From Leptonemataceae bacterium (lineage in GTDB: Bacteria; Spirochaetota; Leptospiria; Leptospirales; Leptonemataceae), in the NCBI GenBank assembly GCA_965227295.1, contig OZ245742.1:4384001-4448000 (forward strand): a DNA stretch of 64,000 bases, given 5' to 3'. A program made the translations under genes and the position numbers. Each line of letters begins with the position of its first letter. Within the stretch, counting starts at the first letter, position 1. Under the pieces are notes generated by a model that was not told the DNA's origin, searched no databases, and worked only from the letters and a program-made list of their open reading frames with translations. This document shows positions 9,681 through 20,215 of the stretch, piece by piece.

Positions 9681-10637
9681 TCACCGCCCCCGCTTTAACA
9701 CAAAGTCCGGTAGTTCACGGAAGGCAGTTTGCAACTCCCGATCCGCCGGCGCGCCGTCTTTGCCAAGCTGTTCCGCCAGTTGCACAACATCCCCGCGCAG
9801 TTTCTCGGCCACCTGTGCGGCGACTTCGGCACCGAACACGGACGGATACGTGAGCTTGCCCCGGCCGGCGTCCTTGCCCGCGGCCTTGCCCATCACGGCG
9901 GCGTCCCCGTGCACGTCCAGCAGATCGTCCGAAATCTGAAACAACAAGCCGAGCTTCGCACCGTACTCTTCCCAGCGGGCGCAGGTCGTAGAATCCGCTG
10001 CAACGCCGGAAAGAATGACGCCCAGCTCGATGCTCGCGCGGATCAACGCGGCGGTTTTGTTTGTATGAATGCGACTCAGCAACTCCGCGTCGTCCGCGAT
10101 GCCCTGTACGCTGCCGGTTTTTTCCCGCGCGAGGTCTAACGCCTGGCCGTCCACCATGCGCGCGGCGCCGTCGGAGAGCGCCGACAGCAGACGCCCGGTG
10201 ACGGCAGGATCTTCGGCTTCGGCGCCGGCCAATCCCACTAACTCAAACGCAAATGAATTTAAGGCGTCGCCGGCCAGGATGGCGGCCCATTCGGAAAACT
10301 GCTTGTGGCACGCGGGCCGACCGCGACGCAGGTCGTCGTCGTCCATGGCGGGCAGATCGTCGTGAATCAGCGAGTAGGTGTGAATCGCCTCGACGGCGGC
10401 GGCGGCGAAGAAGGCCGCGCGGGTGTGGGTCGGTGAGGCCGGCGGCAGAACAATGCCGGCGGCCCAGAGGCAGAGCGCCGGACGCAGACGTTTGCCCGGC
10501 GCGTCGTAGCTATAAATGACGGGATCGGCGACTTCCGCGACCGAACGCTCCCGAATGTACGGGAAGACGTCGGAGCGGAGGAAGTCGTTGAATGCTTCGG
10601 CGTAACGAGCGAGGAACCGCTCCGGGCCGCCGGTCAT
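9681..10637 (-). CDS. ispA: Farnesyl/geranylgeranyl diphosphate synthase
   Basis: [51 protein letters not shown] at 10637. Confidence 0.93.
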   Translation of the reverse strand: MTGGPERFLARYAEAFNDFLRSDVFPYIRERSVAEVADPVIYSYDAPGKRLRPALCLWAAGIVLPPASPTHTRAAFFAAAAVEAIHTYSLIHDDLPAMDDDDLRRGRPACHKQFSEWAAILAGDALNSFAFELVGLAGAEAEDPAVTGRLLSALSDGAARMVDGQALDLAREKTGSVQGIADDAELLSRIHTNKTAALIRASIELGVILSGVAADSTTCARWEEYGAKLGLLFQISDDLLDVHGDAAVMGKAAGKDAGRGKLTYPSVFGAEVAAQVAEKLRGDVVQLAEQLGKDGAPADRELQTAFRELPDFVLKRGR

Positions 10638-11050
10638 CCCGTCAGTTCCGAATCCTGGAAGTGGAACTTGATTTCCCGCGCGGCGCTCTCGTCGGAGTCC
10701 GAGCCGTGCACGGCGTTCGCTTCTTTGCTTTCCGCGTAGAGCTTGCGGATGGTGCCTTCGGCGGCCTGGGCGGGATCGGTGGCGCCGATCATGTCGCGCC
10801 ATTTTTTCACGGCGCCGGGGGCCGCGAGGGCCGCGACGACCACGGGACCGCCGGTCATGTAATTGCAGAGGTCGTCGTAGAACGGACGTTCGGCGTGCTC
10901 TTTGTAGAATTCCTGCGCTTCTTGTTTCGTGAGTTGTTTGTACTTCATGCCGAGGATCGTGAAGCCTTCTTCCTCGATGCGCGTGATGATGTGACCGACG
11001 TGCTTGTTCTTCACCGCGTCGGGCTTGATGATGATCAGGGTTTTTTCCAT
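10634..11050 (-). CDS. ndk: Nucleoside diphosphate kinase
   Basis: [27 protein letters not shown]. Confidence 0.97.
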   Translation of the reverse strand: MEKTLIIIKPDAVKNKHVGHIITRIEEEGFTILGMKYKQLTKQEAQEFYKEHAERPFYDDLCNYMTGGPVVVAALAAPGAVKKWRDMIGATDPAQAAEGTIRKLYAESKEANAVHGSDSDESAAREIKFHFQDSELTG

Positions 11051-11117
11051 ACTAACGCGGCAGAGAATCGGCGCAGCGTACTGAGTCAACGGAAAAGCGC
11101 AGAGAAACGAGACTCTT

Positions 11118-11180
11118 TCGCGCTACGCGCTCCGGAATTGCGCCTGACGGCGCACCCTCCGTGTCCCTCACGCGAAGAGC
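11118..11180 (-). repeat. Partial copy of the multi-hairpin intergenic element (family A)
   Basis: The reverse complement GCTCTTCGCGTGAGGGACACGGAGGGTGCGCC..GGCGCAATTCCGGAGCGCG matches the 5' half of 56988-57121. Confidence 0.8.
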
Positions 11181-11690
11181 TCAATAGCCGAGCAATCGCA
11201 ACAGGCCGCGCGCGCCCTGCCAGTCGAGACGTCGTTCCATCAGCACGATCGCGAGCGGTGACTGCGGGTCCACGCTGATCCACACGATCCGCACAATCGC
11301 GAACACAATCAGCGCCACGGCCAGCACGCCCATGGCAAACGCCGTGTGATGTTTGTAACGTTCGAACAGACGCCCCGGCGCGCGCCACACGGCGGTGAGC
11401 GTGAAGAACACGGCTCCGAGCGCGCCGAAGAATCCGAGCGGATGGTACATCAACGCATGCCCCGGCTGCAAATGCACGAAGCTGTGCAACGAACGGCTGA
11501 GGCCGCAGCCGGGACACGGGAGGCCCGTCATGTTGTAAAAGACACAGATGGAAACGTCGACTGCGCCGAGCGGCAAAAGCAGCGCAACGCCGAGAGCGAT
11601 GATCGACAGCCACTGCCAGGTCCGCAGTTCCCGCGACGTATCGTCCGCGAAGAGAGGGAGCCCGCGGAGTCGATCAAGGAAGTCCGGCAT
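11181..11690 (-). CDS. DUF2752 family membrane protein
   Basis: CVFYNMTGLPCPGCGLSRS..HPL motif. Confidence 0.85.
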   Translation of the reverse strand: MPDFLDRLRGLPLFADDTSRELRTWQWLSIIALGVALLLPLGAVDVSICVFYNMTGLPCPGCGLSRSLHSFVHLQPGHALMYHPLGFFGALGAVFFTLTAVWRAPGRLFERYKHHTAFAMGVLAVALIVFAIVRIVWISVDPQSPLAIVLMERRLDWQGARGLLRLLGY

Positions 11691-11714
11691 ATGCTAACAT
11701 GCGCCCGGCACGCC

Positions 11715-12224
11715 TTAGAAGTTACGATAGCGTTCGCGCAGTTCTTTGTACTTCTTCGGAATGTTCAGGATCATCTCTTCTTCGGCCTCGCTGATCTCGC
11801 GCACGACCTTCGCCGGTGAACCCATGGCCACCATGCGCGGCGGGATCTCTTTGCCCGGCGGGAGCAGACTGCCGGCGGCCAGGAACGACATTTCGCCGAG
11901 CTTGCAGTCGTCGAGGATCGTCGCGCCGATGCCGACGAAGGCGTAGTCGCTTAATGTACAGCCGTGTACGGTTACGCGATGGCCCAGCGTACAATTGTTG
12001 CCGATCTTCAGCGGAAACTTGCCGCCGGTGACGTGCAGCATGGACATGTCCTGGACGTTCGTGTTCTCACCGATCTCGATCCAGTGCACGTCGCCGCGCA
12101 CCACGCAACCGAACCACACGCCGCTGCCGGCCCCGATCTTTACGTTGCCGATGACCTGCGCGTCCGGGGCCACCCAGACGTCCGGGGCCAGGTCGGGTTT
12201 CAGTTCGCCGAGTTCGTGGATCAT
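11715..12224 (-). CDS. Gamma carbonic anhydrase family (YrdA-like) hexapeptide-repeat protein
   Basis: VVRGD, IGENTNVQD..LH, GHRVTVHGC. Confidence 0.92.
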   Translation of the reverse strand: MIHELGELKPDLAPDVWVAPDAQVIGNVKIGAGSGVWFGCVVRGDVHWIEIGENTNVQDMSMLHVTGGKFPLKIGNNCTLGHRVTVHGCTLSDYAFVGIGATILDDCKLGEMSFLAAGSLLPPGKEIPPRMVAMGSPAKVVREISEAEEEMILNIPKKYKELRERYRNF

Positions 12225-12240
12225 ACCGCCAGTGTACTGC

Positions 12241-13341
12241 CTAAACGTTGAATCGAAAATACATGATGTCGCCGTCCTGCACGATGTACTCTTTGCCTTC
12301 GAGGCGCATCTTGCCGGCGTCTTTGGCCGCGTTCATGGAACCCGCGGCGAGAAAATCTTCGTACGACGTAACCTCCGCGCGAATGAAACCACGCTCAATG
12401 TCCGTGTGAATCTCCGACGCGGCTCGCGGTGCCGGCGTGCCGCGCCGCACGGTCCAGGCCCGGGCTTCCTGTTCGCCGGCCGTAAAAAACGTAATGAGGT
12501 CGAGCAAATTGTAGGACTCGCGGATCATGCGATTGAGTCCCGGTTCGGCGAGACCGATCGTTTCGAGGTACTCGATCTGTTCGGCCTCGTCCAGCGTGGC
12601 GATCTCTTCTTCAATGCGTCCGCAGATGCGTACGACGGGCACTCCGCCCTCGACATCGTTCGCGTACTGCTCGACTTCTTTCGTGAGATCGTTGCCGCCT
12701 TCGACGGCGTCCTCGTCGACGTTCGTGACGTAGAGCATGGGCCGCGCCGTGACGAGTTGAAAGCGATGCGTAATCGCGCGCTCTTCATCGTCCAGGTCCA
12801 GGCCGCGAATGGGTTTCTCGTCTTCCAGGCGGGCCTTCAGTTTCTCGCCGACCTCGACCTGTTGCTTCGACTCTTTGTCCCCGGAGCGCGCTTTTTTCAC
12901 GAGCTTTTCCAGCTGACGTTCGAGGGAATCCATGTCCGCCAGGATCAGTTCCAGGTTGATGATGCCGATGTCATCGAGCGGCGAGACCTTGCCGCGCACA
13001 TGCACGACGTTTTCATCTTCGAAGCAACGGACCACGTGCGCCACGGCCTGGGTCTCGCGAATGTGTGAGAGGAACTGATTGCCCAGGCCCTCGCCCTTGC
13101 TCGCGCCCTCCACCAGGCCGGCGATGTCCACGAATTCCGTAAACGTCGGTACCGTGGCCTTCGGTTTGACGATCGCGGAGATCTTATCCAACCGTTCGTC
13201 CGGTACATCCACGCGCCCGACGTTCGGTTCAATGGTGCAAAACGGATAGTTCGCCGACTGCGCGCCGGCCTTCGTGATCGCGTTGAAGATGGTGGACTTG
13301 CCGACGTTGGGCAGACCCACGATACCACATCTCAGTGCCAT
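12241..13341 (-). CDS. ychF: Redox-regulated ATPase YchF
   Basis: GIVGLPNVGKST, ANYPFCTIEPN, DIAGLV, IHTD..RGFIRAE, FRFNV. Confidence 0.98.
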   Translation of the reverse strand: MALRCGIVGLPNVGKSTIFNAITKAGAQSANYPFCTIEPNVGRVDVPDERLDKISAIVKPKATVPTFTEFVDIAGLVEGASKGEGLGNQFLSHIRETQAVAHVVRCFEDENVVHVRGKVSPLDDIGIINLELILADMDSLERQLEKLVKKARSGDKESKQQVEVGEKLKARLEDEKPIRGLDLDDEERAITHRFQLVTARPMLYVTNVDEDAVEGGNDLTKEVEQYANDVEGGVPVVRICGRIEEEIATLDEAEQIEYLETIGLAEPGLNRMIRESYNLLDLITFFTAGEQEARAWTVRRGTPAPRAASEIHTDIERGFIRAEVTSYEDFLAAGSMNAAKDAGKMRLEGKEYIVQDGDIMYFRFNV

Positions 13342-13389
13342 CCTGCCGGGATTTCACGCCGGCCGGGGGCGAACAGCGAAATTTCGGCG

Positions 13390-13405
13390 TGTAGGAGTTC
13401 CTACA
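13390..13405. repeat. 16-bp palindrome TGTAGGA-GT-TCCTACA
   Basis: Exact reverse complement of 34360-34375. Confidence 0.7.
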
Positions 13406-13410
13406 ATGGA

Positions 13411-13702
13411 GCTCTTCGCGTCAGCGATACGGAGGGTCGCGCCGTAGGCGCGAGTCCGGAGCCGAAGGCGGAGGACCGAAGCGATAGCGGAGCCCGGAGT
13501 AGCGCGGTCCCGGCCGCCTGGGCCTGGCGGCCGGGAGACGCCCAAAGAAAAATCATCTCACACTGGTTTTGATCCTTTTTTTGGCGTTCCCCTCGCTGCG
13601 CTCGGGTCGCGCTCCTCCGGGCTCCGCTTCGCTGCGGTCTCAGCCGCTTCGCGTCTGAGACTGGCGCTTCGCGCCACCCTGCGGATCGCTAACGCGGAAG
13701 AG
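13411..13702. repeat. Tail-to-tail pair of family A elements (13411-13544 +, 13581-13702 -)
   Basis: Both start CTCTT(C)CGCGTYAGCGAT and end GGGRRACGCC; several short hairpins; the first is closely similar to 56988-57121. Confidence 0.88.
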
Positions 13703-13760
13703 TTTTGCATCCCGGGTTCTGCTTGACTCATCCCGTTGCGGTCCCGATATCTATTTATAG

Positions 13761-14723
13761 ATGAAAGTGAAATTCTGGGGAGTCCGGGGTTCCATCGGAA
13801 CGCCGATCAAAGGCGCGGCCGTGCGGGACAAGGTCCGCAAGATTTTGACGTACGCCTCCCCCGGCGACGTCCTCGATGAACCGGCCGTGGACCGTTTCCT
13901 CGATTCGCTGCCGTTCTCGCTTCTGCATACCTACGGCGGAAACACGACCTGCCTGGAACTGCGCTCGAAGGACGACGGCATCATCATCGTCGACGCCGGC
14001 ACCGGCCTGCGGGAACTCGGGAACAAGCTGCTCACGAACGACGGCTTCCTCCAGGGCCGCGGCGAATGCCACATGCTCTTCACCCACTCGCACTGGGACC
14101 ACATCCAGGGCCTGCCCTTCTTCGGCCCCATCTACATCCCGGGAAACAAGTTCCACATTCACGCGATCTCCGAAGAAATGGAGGACCGGCTCCGTTACCA
14201 ACAGGACAGCGAACGCCACTTCCCGGTACCCTTTGACGGCCTGCTTTCTTCCAAAGAGTTCATCCAACATGAAGAGAAAGACAACTGGTCCATCGGTGGC
14301 GTCAAAATTCGTCAGAAGGCCCTGAAACACCCCGGCACATCGTACTCGTACCGCTTCGAAGAGGACGGCAAGGTCCTGATCTTCGGCACCGACGCGGAGT
14401 TCAAACTGGACGACATGGATACCATCGATGAGTACCTCGAGTACTTTCGCGACGCGGATGTACTGATCTTCGATACGCAGTACACTTTCGAAGAACAACT
14501 GCAGCGCATCGACTGGGGCCACTCTTCCGCTTCGATTGCGACGGACATCGCACTCAAAGCCCGCGTGAAGAAGCTCGTGCTCTTCCATCACGACCCCTCC
14601 TACGACGACGAAAAACTCGACGAGGTCTACCTGCGCGCCGTCCGCTACAAAGAGATGATGGACATGGGTGATACCAGCCTTGAGATCGTGATGGCCTACG
14701 AGGGCCTGGAAATCGAACTTTAA
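13761..14723 (+). CDS. MBL-fold metallo-hydrolase (RNase Z/phosphodiesterase-like)
   Basis: FWGVRGS, YGGNTTC, DAGTG, THSHWDHIQG, WGHS, LFHHDP. Confidence 0.9.
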   Translation: MKVKFWGVRGSIGTPIKGAAVRDKVRKILTYASPGDVLDEPAVDRFLDSLPFSLLHTYGGNTTCLELRSKDDGIIIVDAGTGLRELGNKLLTNDGFLQGRGECHMLFTHSHWDHIQGLPFFGPIYIPGNKFHIHAISEEMEDRLRYQQDSERHFPVPFDGLLSSKEFIQHEEKDNWSIGGVKIRQKALKHPGTSYSYRFEEDGKVLIFGTDAEFKLDDMDTIDEYLEYFRDADVLIFDTQYTFEEQLQRIDWGHSSASIATDIALKARVKKLVLFHHDPSYDDEKLDEVYLRAVRYKEMMDMGDTSLEIVMAYEGLEIEL

Positions 14724-14803
14724 GAATCGAGGCCCGCAACCTGCCGGCTGTGGAGTTTTCCGTGTCTTTCGGGCGATATTAGTCCGAGATCGGACAAAAA
14801 CGC

Positions 14804-14832
14804 TTGCCTGGATTCCGAAAGAAAGGTATAAG
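14804..14832 (+). promoter_or_regulatory. Candidate sigma70 promoter TTGCCT-N17-TATAAG
   Basis: Consensus-like hexamers with a 17-bp spacer upstream of ORF 14916. Confidence 0.55.
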
Positions 14833-14915
14833 CGGTACTTTTTGCAGTTTCAGCAACGTGGGCGCGTCCCCGCGTGCGTTCCTGAAAAAACTCAAACACA
14901 GAAGGTTTCTATAAT

Positions 14916-15521
14916 ATGGATGACAAACTGTCAATTGCGGACGTAATTCAGAACGGCATTCAGATCGCTCTGAAAAACTTTGTTCCGCTGCTCGTGAACG
15001 CCATTCTCGGCGGTCTCGCTATGATCGTTCCCTACTTGAACGTGGGCGTACTCATCGGCCTGATCACCCTGCCGGCAAAGATGGCAAAAGACGAACCGAT
15101 CGGCATGACCGAGGTCTTCGATCCCAAGTACCGCAAGTACATGGGTGAGTTCTTTCTGACCTATGCGTTCCTCTTCTTCGGAGTTCTCGTGGCTACACTC
15201 TTCATGGTAATCCCGGGCTATGTCCTCGGTATCGCCTGGAGCCTGGCGCTGCTCCTCGTCGTCGACAAAGGCTACGGATCCATCGACGCTCTCAAGAAGT
15301 CGAACGACCTCACCTACGGCCACAAGTGGACCATCTTCCTGTCCTACCTGGCCTTCGGCGTCGCCCTCGGCGTCGCCGTCGGTATCCTGCTGGCCCTGGG
15401 CCGCATCCCGTACATCGGCTGGATCTTCTACCTGGTGATCCTCGCCATCTACATCGGCGCCGGTCCGATCGTCATGGGCATCAACGCCTACATCTACAAA
15501 AAGCTCGCCATCAACGCGTAA
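14916..15521 (+). CDS. Integral membrane protein of unknown function
   Basis: 201-aa hydrophobic ORF with GC3-biased codons, a candidate promoter and a terminator. Confidence 0.8.
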   Translation: MDDKLSIADVIQNGIQIALKNFVPLLVNAILGGLAMIVPYLNVGVLIGLITLPAKMAKDEPIGMTEVFDPKYRKYMGEFFLTYAFLFFGVLVATLFMVIPGYVLGIAWSLALLLVVDKGYGSIDALKKSNDLTYGHKWTIFLSYLAFGVALGVAVGILLALGRIPYIGWIFYLVILAIYIGAGPIVMGINAYIYKKLAINA

Positions 15522-15542
15522 GCGAAGACGGACCTCAACACG

Positions 15543-15574
15543 AAAGCGGCCGCGCAACACCGGCCGCTTTTTTT
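15543..15574 (+). terminator. Intrinsic terminator
   Basis: AAAGCGGCCG-loop-CGGCCGC followed by a T run. Confidence 0.85.
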
Positions 15575-15600
15575 GTGTACGCTTGCCTGGAAGAAGGTCT

Positions 15601-15730
15601 ACTCCGAGGAACGAGGGACCGAGGTAAAGAATTAGAGTAAGAATTTATTTTTAGAAAGCGATCATGCGCTGATTGCGTTCAGGCTAAGACTACTCTCCTA
15701 TCTTCACCTCGGTCCCTCGGTCCTCGGAGT
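15601..15730. repeat. Family B inverted-repeat element
   Basis: ACTCCGAGGAACGAGGGACCGAGGT ... ACCTCGGTCCCTCGGTCCTCGGAGT arms around a unique core. Confidence 0.85.
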
Positions 15731-15789
15731 CCATCTTCCCACACGAAAAATGACTGGATCACTGCGCCGATTATTGCGCAGTTGCTCCC

Positions 15790-17283
15790 ATGGGAAAACC
15801 GTTCGTCATCGCCATCGACCAGGGAACCACGGGCTCGCGCGTGTTTTGTTTCGACGCCCAGGGCAAGGTCCTCTCCAGCGCCTACCGGGAATTCACTCAA
15901 CACTTTCCGAAACCCGGCTGGGTCGAGCACGATGCGAACGAAATCTGGAACGGCGTCCGCGACCTGTTAAAAGAGGCCATCGACAAAGGCCGCCTCAATG
16001 CCGCGGACGCGGCGGGCATCGGCATCACCAACCAGCGCGAGACCGCGGTCATCTGGGACCGGAAAACCGGCGAGCCCATCCACCATGCCATCGTCTGGCA
16101 GTGCCGGCGCACCGCGAAGCGCTGCAACGAACTCAAGTCGCAGGGCCACGAAGATCTCGTGCGCAAGAAAACCGGTCTCGTCATCGACGCCTACTTCTCC
16201 GGCACGAAGTTCGAATGGTTGCTGAACAACGTGGACGGCGCCCGTGCGCGCGCCGAGAACGGCGAGCTGGCCGCCGGCACCATCGACGCCTGGCTGCTTT
16301 TTAAACTTACCGGCAAACACGCCACCGACTACACCAACGCTTCGCGCACAATGCTCTACAACATCGAAACGAAGCAGTGGGACGACGAGCTGTGCAAAAT
16401 CGTCGGCGTTCCAAAGGGCATCTTACCGGAAGTTAAGGCGTCGCGCTCGCAGTTCGGCACGACACAGGGTGTCGGCACCATTCCCGACGGCACGCCGGTG
16501 CTGGCCCTCATCGGCGACCAGCAGGCCGCGCTGTTCGGCCAACTCCGCGTGAACCCGGGCGAGGCCAAGAACACCTACGGTACCGGTTGTTTCCTGTTGT
16601 TCAACACGGGTCCGCAGTTCCTGGTCAGCGGTTCGGGACTCATCACCACTCTCGCCTGCGATGCAAAGGGCCAGGTATGTTATTGTCTGGAAGGCGCGGT
16701 GTTCATCGGCGGTGCGGTCATCCAATGGCTCCGGGACTTCATGAAGTTTTTCGGCCAGGCCCCGGAGTCCGAAAAGCTCGTGCAAAATCTTTCCGACGAG
16801 CACGATGAGGTGGTCTTCGTTCCCGCCTTTGCCGGACTCGGTGCGCCCTACTGGGACCAGGACGCGCGCGGCGCCATCTTCGGCCTTACGCGCGATACGG
16901 ATCCGGCCCGCATCACCCGCGCCGCGCTTCAGAGCATCGCGTTGCAATCCTACGATCTTGTGCAGGCCATGGAAAAAGACACGGGCAAGAAGATGGATCT
17001 GCTCCGCGTCGACGGCGGCGCCACGGCCAACGAATATCTTCTACAATACCAGGCGGACATTCTCAACACGCCGGTGGAACGCCCGGCCAACGTCGATACG
17101 ACGGCGCTCGGCTCGGCATACCTGGCGGGACTCGAGGCCGGCGTCTGGGGCAGCGTGGACGATCTGCGCAAACTGCAGTCCGGCACATCCCGCTTCGAAC
17201 CGAAAATGGACGACGCCGGCCGCGACCACGAGATCCGCTACTGGCACAAGGCCGTGGCACGCGTAAAGAACTGGTCGGAGTAG
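15790..17283 (+). CDS. glpK: Glycerol kinase
   Basis: AIDQGTTGSR, ITNQRET, YFSGTK, TDYTNASRT, GDQQAA, KNTYGTG, VDGGA. Confidence 0.98.
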   Translation: MGKPFVIAIDQGTTGSRVFCFDAQGKVLSSAYREFTQHFPKPGWVEHDANEIWNGVRDLLKEAIDKGRLNAADAAGIGITNQRETAVIWDRKTGEPIHHAIVWQCRRTAKRCNELKSQGHEDLVRKKTGLVIDAYFSGTKFEWLLNNVDGARARAENGELAAGTIDAWLLFKLTGKHATDYTNASRTMLYNIETKQWDDELCKIVGVPKGILPEVKASRSQFGTTQGVGTIPDGTPVLALIGDQQAALFGQLRVNPGEAKNTYGTGCFLLFNTGPQFLVSGSGLITTLACDAKGQVCYCLEGAVFIGGAVIQWLRDFMKFFGQAPESEKLVQNLSDEHDEVVFVPAFAGLGAPYWDQDARGAIFGLTRDTDPARITRAALQSIALQSYDLVQAMEKDTGKKMDLLRVDGGATANEYLLQYQADILNTPVERPANVDTTALGSAYLAGLEAGVWGSVDDLRKLQSGTSRFEPKMDDAGRDHEIRYWHKAVARVKNWSE

Positions 17284-17300
17284 ATTTGGAAGAAGATTTT

Positions 17301-17334
17301 CCTCTCGGTCCCTCGGTAACTCGGTCCTCGGAGT
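17301..17334. repeat. Isolated right arm of a family B element
   Basis: CTCGGTCCCTCGGTAACTCGGTCCTCGGAGT. Confidence 0.7.
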
Positions 17335-17510
17335 AACAATTCTTTTCCTCGACACCTCCGAACACGATCGTTATCCTCAAACCATGTCTTGCATCGTATC
17401 CAGTTCTCTTTTACCGGAGCTCACCCTCATCCTCGTCGCGGGCTTCGCGCTCTACTACGCCATGCGCGCGCTCACACCGCGGCCGCGCGTCGCTCCCGTT
17501 GTCTCGCGCC

Positions 17511-18032
17511 CTACTTCGCAGAATCGCGTTCGATGAGTTCCTGTAGCTCGCCCGCGTTCTCCGCGTATTCAACCGACCCGACCTTGAACACCGGCAGGCC
17601 CTCCCCCGCGCCGGACTGCGCCGCCTGAATGCGCATGACCGTGATCTTGCCCTGGGCTCGTGGATACACCGCGCCCGGTCCTTCTTCCTCAATCAGTCGG
17701 ATGGTATAGCTGTAATCGCGCATGCGCGGTTTTGCGATCAGCGTGCTGATGATGCCCGGCATCCGATGAATGTCGGCTACGAATACGGCCCGGTGGCGAT
17801 TCAGATAATCGTCCCCCAGGGGCTCGAGCAGTTCGTGCAGGAACTCACTGGCATCCATGTCGGCGGCGAAGAGCAGCGTGCGCGTATCCGGAGGGATCGT
17901 CTGCGCGGTGCCGTGCTGATCCGTAAACTCCGGGGCCTCGAACGTGGAACCGGCCTTGAGGACGGGCGAGTTTGCAAGCAACGGCAACGTTAACATGGCC
18001 AGCGTCAATGTTAGTGTGAATAATCTTTGCAT
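17511..18032 (-). CDS. Secreted hypothetical protein (possibly thioredoxin-like fold)
   Basis: Signal peptide MQRLFTLTLTLAMLTLPLLA; FTDQHG, ADIHRMPGII motifs. Confidence 0.65.
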   Translation of the reverse strand: MQRLFTLTLTLAMLTLPLLANSPVLKAGSTFEAPEFTDQHGTAQTIPPDTRTLLFAADMDASEFLHELLEPLGDDYLNRHRAVFVADIHRMPGIISTLIAKPRMRDYSYTIRLIEEEGPGAVYPRAQGKITVMRIQAAQSGAGEGLPVFKVGSVEYAENAGELQELIERDSAK

Positions 18033-18081
18033 AATGGTTGTTCCCTCAAATATACGAACTTCTACTCCGGGGGGCCAGGAG

Positions 18082-19689
18082 TTAATCTTGCTCTTCATCC
18101 CCCGCACGCCGGATCGGCAGCGTCACTGTAAACGCGGTCCCCTTGCCGACCTCACTCTCCACCTCGATCTTACCCTGGTGTTTGTCAATGATGCCTTTCA
18201 CAATGCCCAGACCCAGGCCCGAGCCCTCGCCCTGGTCCTTCGTCGTAAAAAACGGATCCCAGATCTTCGACAGCACATCCTCCGGCATGCCGGGACCGTT
18301 GTCGGCCATGATCACCGCGACCGCCTCCGCATCCCGCAGTGTCGCCGGCTTCGTCGCGATCCTCAGCTCCGCCCCGCTTTGTCCTTTCATGGCCTGGAAC
18401 GCGTTCGTCAAGAGGTTCGTCCAGACCTGATTCATCTCGTCCGGATTGCAGACGACGTTGGGAATATCCGCGAAGTCGCGTTGAATATCCACGGCGTGTT
18501 TGTTCACGCTACCGAGAATGATCAGCGTGTTCTCAATGCCTTCGATTAAGTCCGCCTCGCTCATGCCGCCCTGGTCCAGGTGCGAGTAGGATTTCAGCGC
18601 CCGCACAATGCGCACGATGTTTCGAATGCCGTCGCGAATGTTGCGCAGATTGCGTGCCGTGTTGCCGGCTTCGCTGGCAAAGCGCAGGACGAACTTCGCG
18701 AGATCCTCACCGGACGCATCACCGACAGCGAGCATCTTGCGAAAGGATTGGACGATCTCGGATTCGGCAAAGCGCGCGGGGTCCGGTTCCGCATCGTCGG
18801 GGGCCGGATAAAAACCGTTCTCCACGAAGAAGGCGGCCACGTCCCGGGCGGCGGGGAAGCGGTTCTGCTCTAAATATTCACTGAGTTCACGTTTGCGCCG
18901 GAACGCGTCCCGCACCCGGGGCGGGTTTTCATCCAACAGACCGCCGCCGACATCTTCCAGGAAACGAAAGATCTGCGTCTCGGCCTCCGGGAATCGTTCC
19001 CGGGCCTCGCTTAAGTTCGAGAAAAAGAACTTCAGGTTCTTCGCCAGATTGTCCGCCCCGCCCTGAATCGCCGCGGAGGGCGTGTTGATTTCGTGGGCGA
19101 TGCCGGCCACCATCACACCGAGCATGGCCATCTTTTCCGATTGCACCAATTGCGACTGGGCGTTTTCCAGTTCCCGCGTTCGTTCTTTGACTTTCTCCTC
19201 TAAGTGTTCGAGGATGCCTTCCAGGCGCGCGTACAGGATCGAGTTCGACAGCGCCATCACCGCGAGCTGGCGAATCTCGCCGATGGTATTGCGCACTTCG
19301 GGGGAGTCCGGATCCACGCCGGTCTCACCCACGAAGATGATGCCCACCAACGACTGGTTCAACACCAGCGGGATGACGATGTCCGCGCGGGTATCGTCGA
19401 AGAAACGTTGCGCATCCTCGGCGATGGATTCGGGTACGTCCGGATGCGAGCGAAAGTAGACACGATCGTCCTCGGTGACGTGCAGCAAGAACGGATCGAA
19501 GACCATGAATCGCTCGATGACGTCCCGGCGCGGCGGCCAGATCTGAAACGAACCGACTTCCTCGGACCACAGATAGATGCCGGAATGGGCCGCATGCAGG
19601 GCTTCCGTCAAAAATCCCAGCACCAGGCGACAGACCTGATCCGTCGGCCGCAGGCGAATCAAGGCCCCTTTGAGTTCTTCAATGGTCAC
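18082..19689 (-). CDS. GAF-like domain sensor histidine kinase
   Basis: QSEKMAMLG..AGIAHEINTP H-box, NLLTNA, DNGPG, DPFFTTK, GSGLGL. Confidence 0.92.
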   Translation of the reverse strand: MTIEELKGALIRLRPTDQVCRLVLGFLTEALHAAHSGIYLWSEEVGSFQIWPPRRDVIERFMVFDPFLLHVTEDDRVYFRSHPDVPESIAEDAQRFFDDTRADIVIPLVLNQSLVGIIFVGETGVDPDSPEVRNTIGEIRQLAVMALSNSILYARLEGILEHLEEKVKERTRELENAQSQLVQSEKMAMLGVMVAGIAHEINTPSAAIQGGADNLAKNLKFFFSNLSEARERFPEAETQIFRFLEDVGGGLLDENPPRVRDAFRRKRELSEYLEQNRFPAARDVAAFFVENGFYPAPDDAEPDPARFAESEIVQSFRKMLAVGDASGEDLAKFVLRFASEAGNTARNLRNIRDGIRNIVRIVRALKSYSHLDQGGMSEADLIEGIENTLIILGSVNKHAVDIQRDFADIPNVVCNPDEMNQVWTNLLTNAFQAMKGQSGAELRIATKPATLRDAEAVAVIMADNGPGMPEDVLSKIWDPFFTTKDQGEGSGLGLGIVKGIIDKHQGKIEVESEVGKGTAFTVTLPIRRAGDEEQD

Positions 19690-19737
19690 GCTTTTTCTGA
19701 TTTACAACCTTCGCCGCGCACGGCAACAAACAAACAT

Positions 19738-20187
19738 ATGATCAGACTCGGTCGCATCCTTCTGACGACGGGACTCCTGCTCCTTCTGAGCCAGGCCGCG
19801 GCCTGTGTCACCGAGCGCGTGCGGCCGGCCGTCATCATTACCGGCGACCGCGTGGTTCCGCCCCGGGAGTTTCTGGGCCGCTGGGGCAGCGCCGGCCACG
19901 GGGAGTTTCACTTTGAAGGTCCGCCGGTTCCGGCGGTGATCTATGTTTCCGCGGTGGTCGTCACTTCGTCGTCGAACGGCACCCGGGCGCGGAGTACCGG
20001 TTTCGACATCAAACGCATCGCTCAGTATCCGGACGGGCGCGTGACGTTCTTACTGCAACCCATGAACGGTGGCCCGGCGGAAGAACGCACTTTTCGATTG
20101 TACGAGCAGGACGGCGAAGAGTGGCTCGTCGAAGAATACAACGACGCGCAGCGGAAATTTTTTCGCCTGGAAGAATCGGCGCCGTAA
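19738..20187 (+). CDS. Putative lipoprotein
   Basis: MIRLGRILLTTGLLLLLSQAAAC: signal peptide ending in Cys. Confidence 0.6.
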   Translation: MIRLGRILLTTGLLLLLSQAAACVTERVRPAVIITGDRVVPPREFLGRWGSAGHGEFHFEGPPVPAVIYVSAVVVTSSSNGTRARSTGFDIKRIAQYPDGRVTFLLQPMNGGPAEERTFRLYEQDGEEWLVEEYNDAQRKFFRLEESAP

Positions 20188-20215
20188 CATCTAACGACTG
20201 GCCCTTAGCCGCAGC

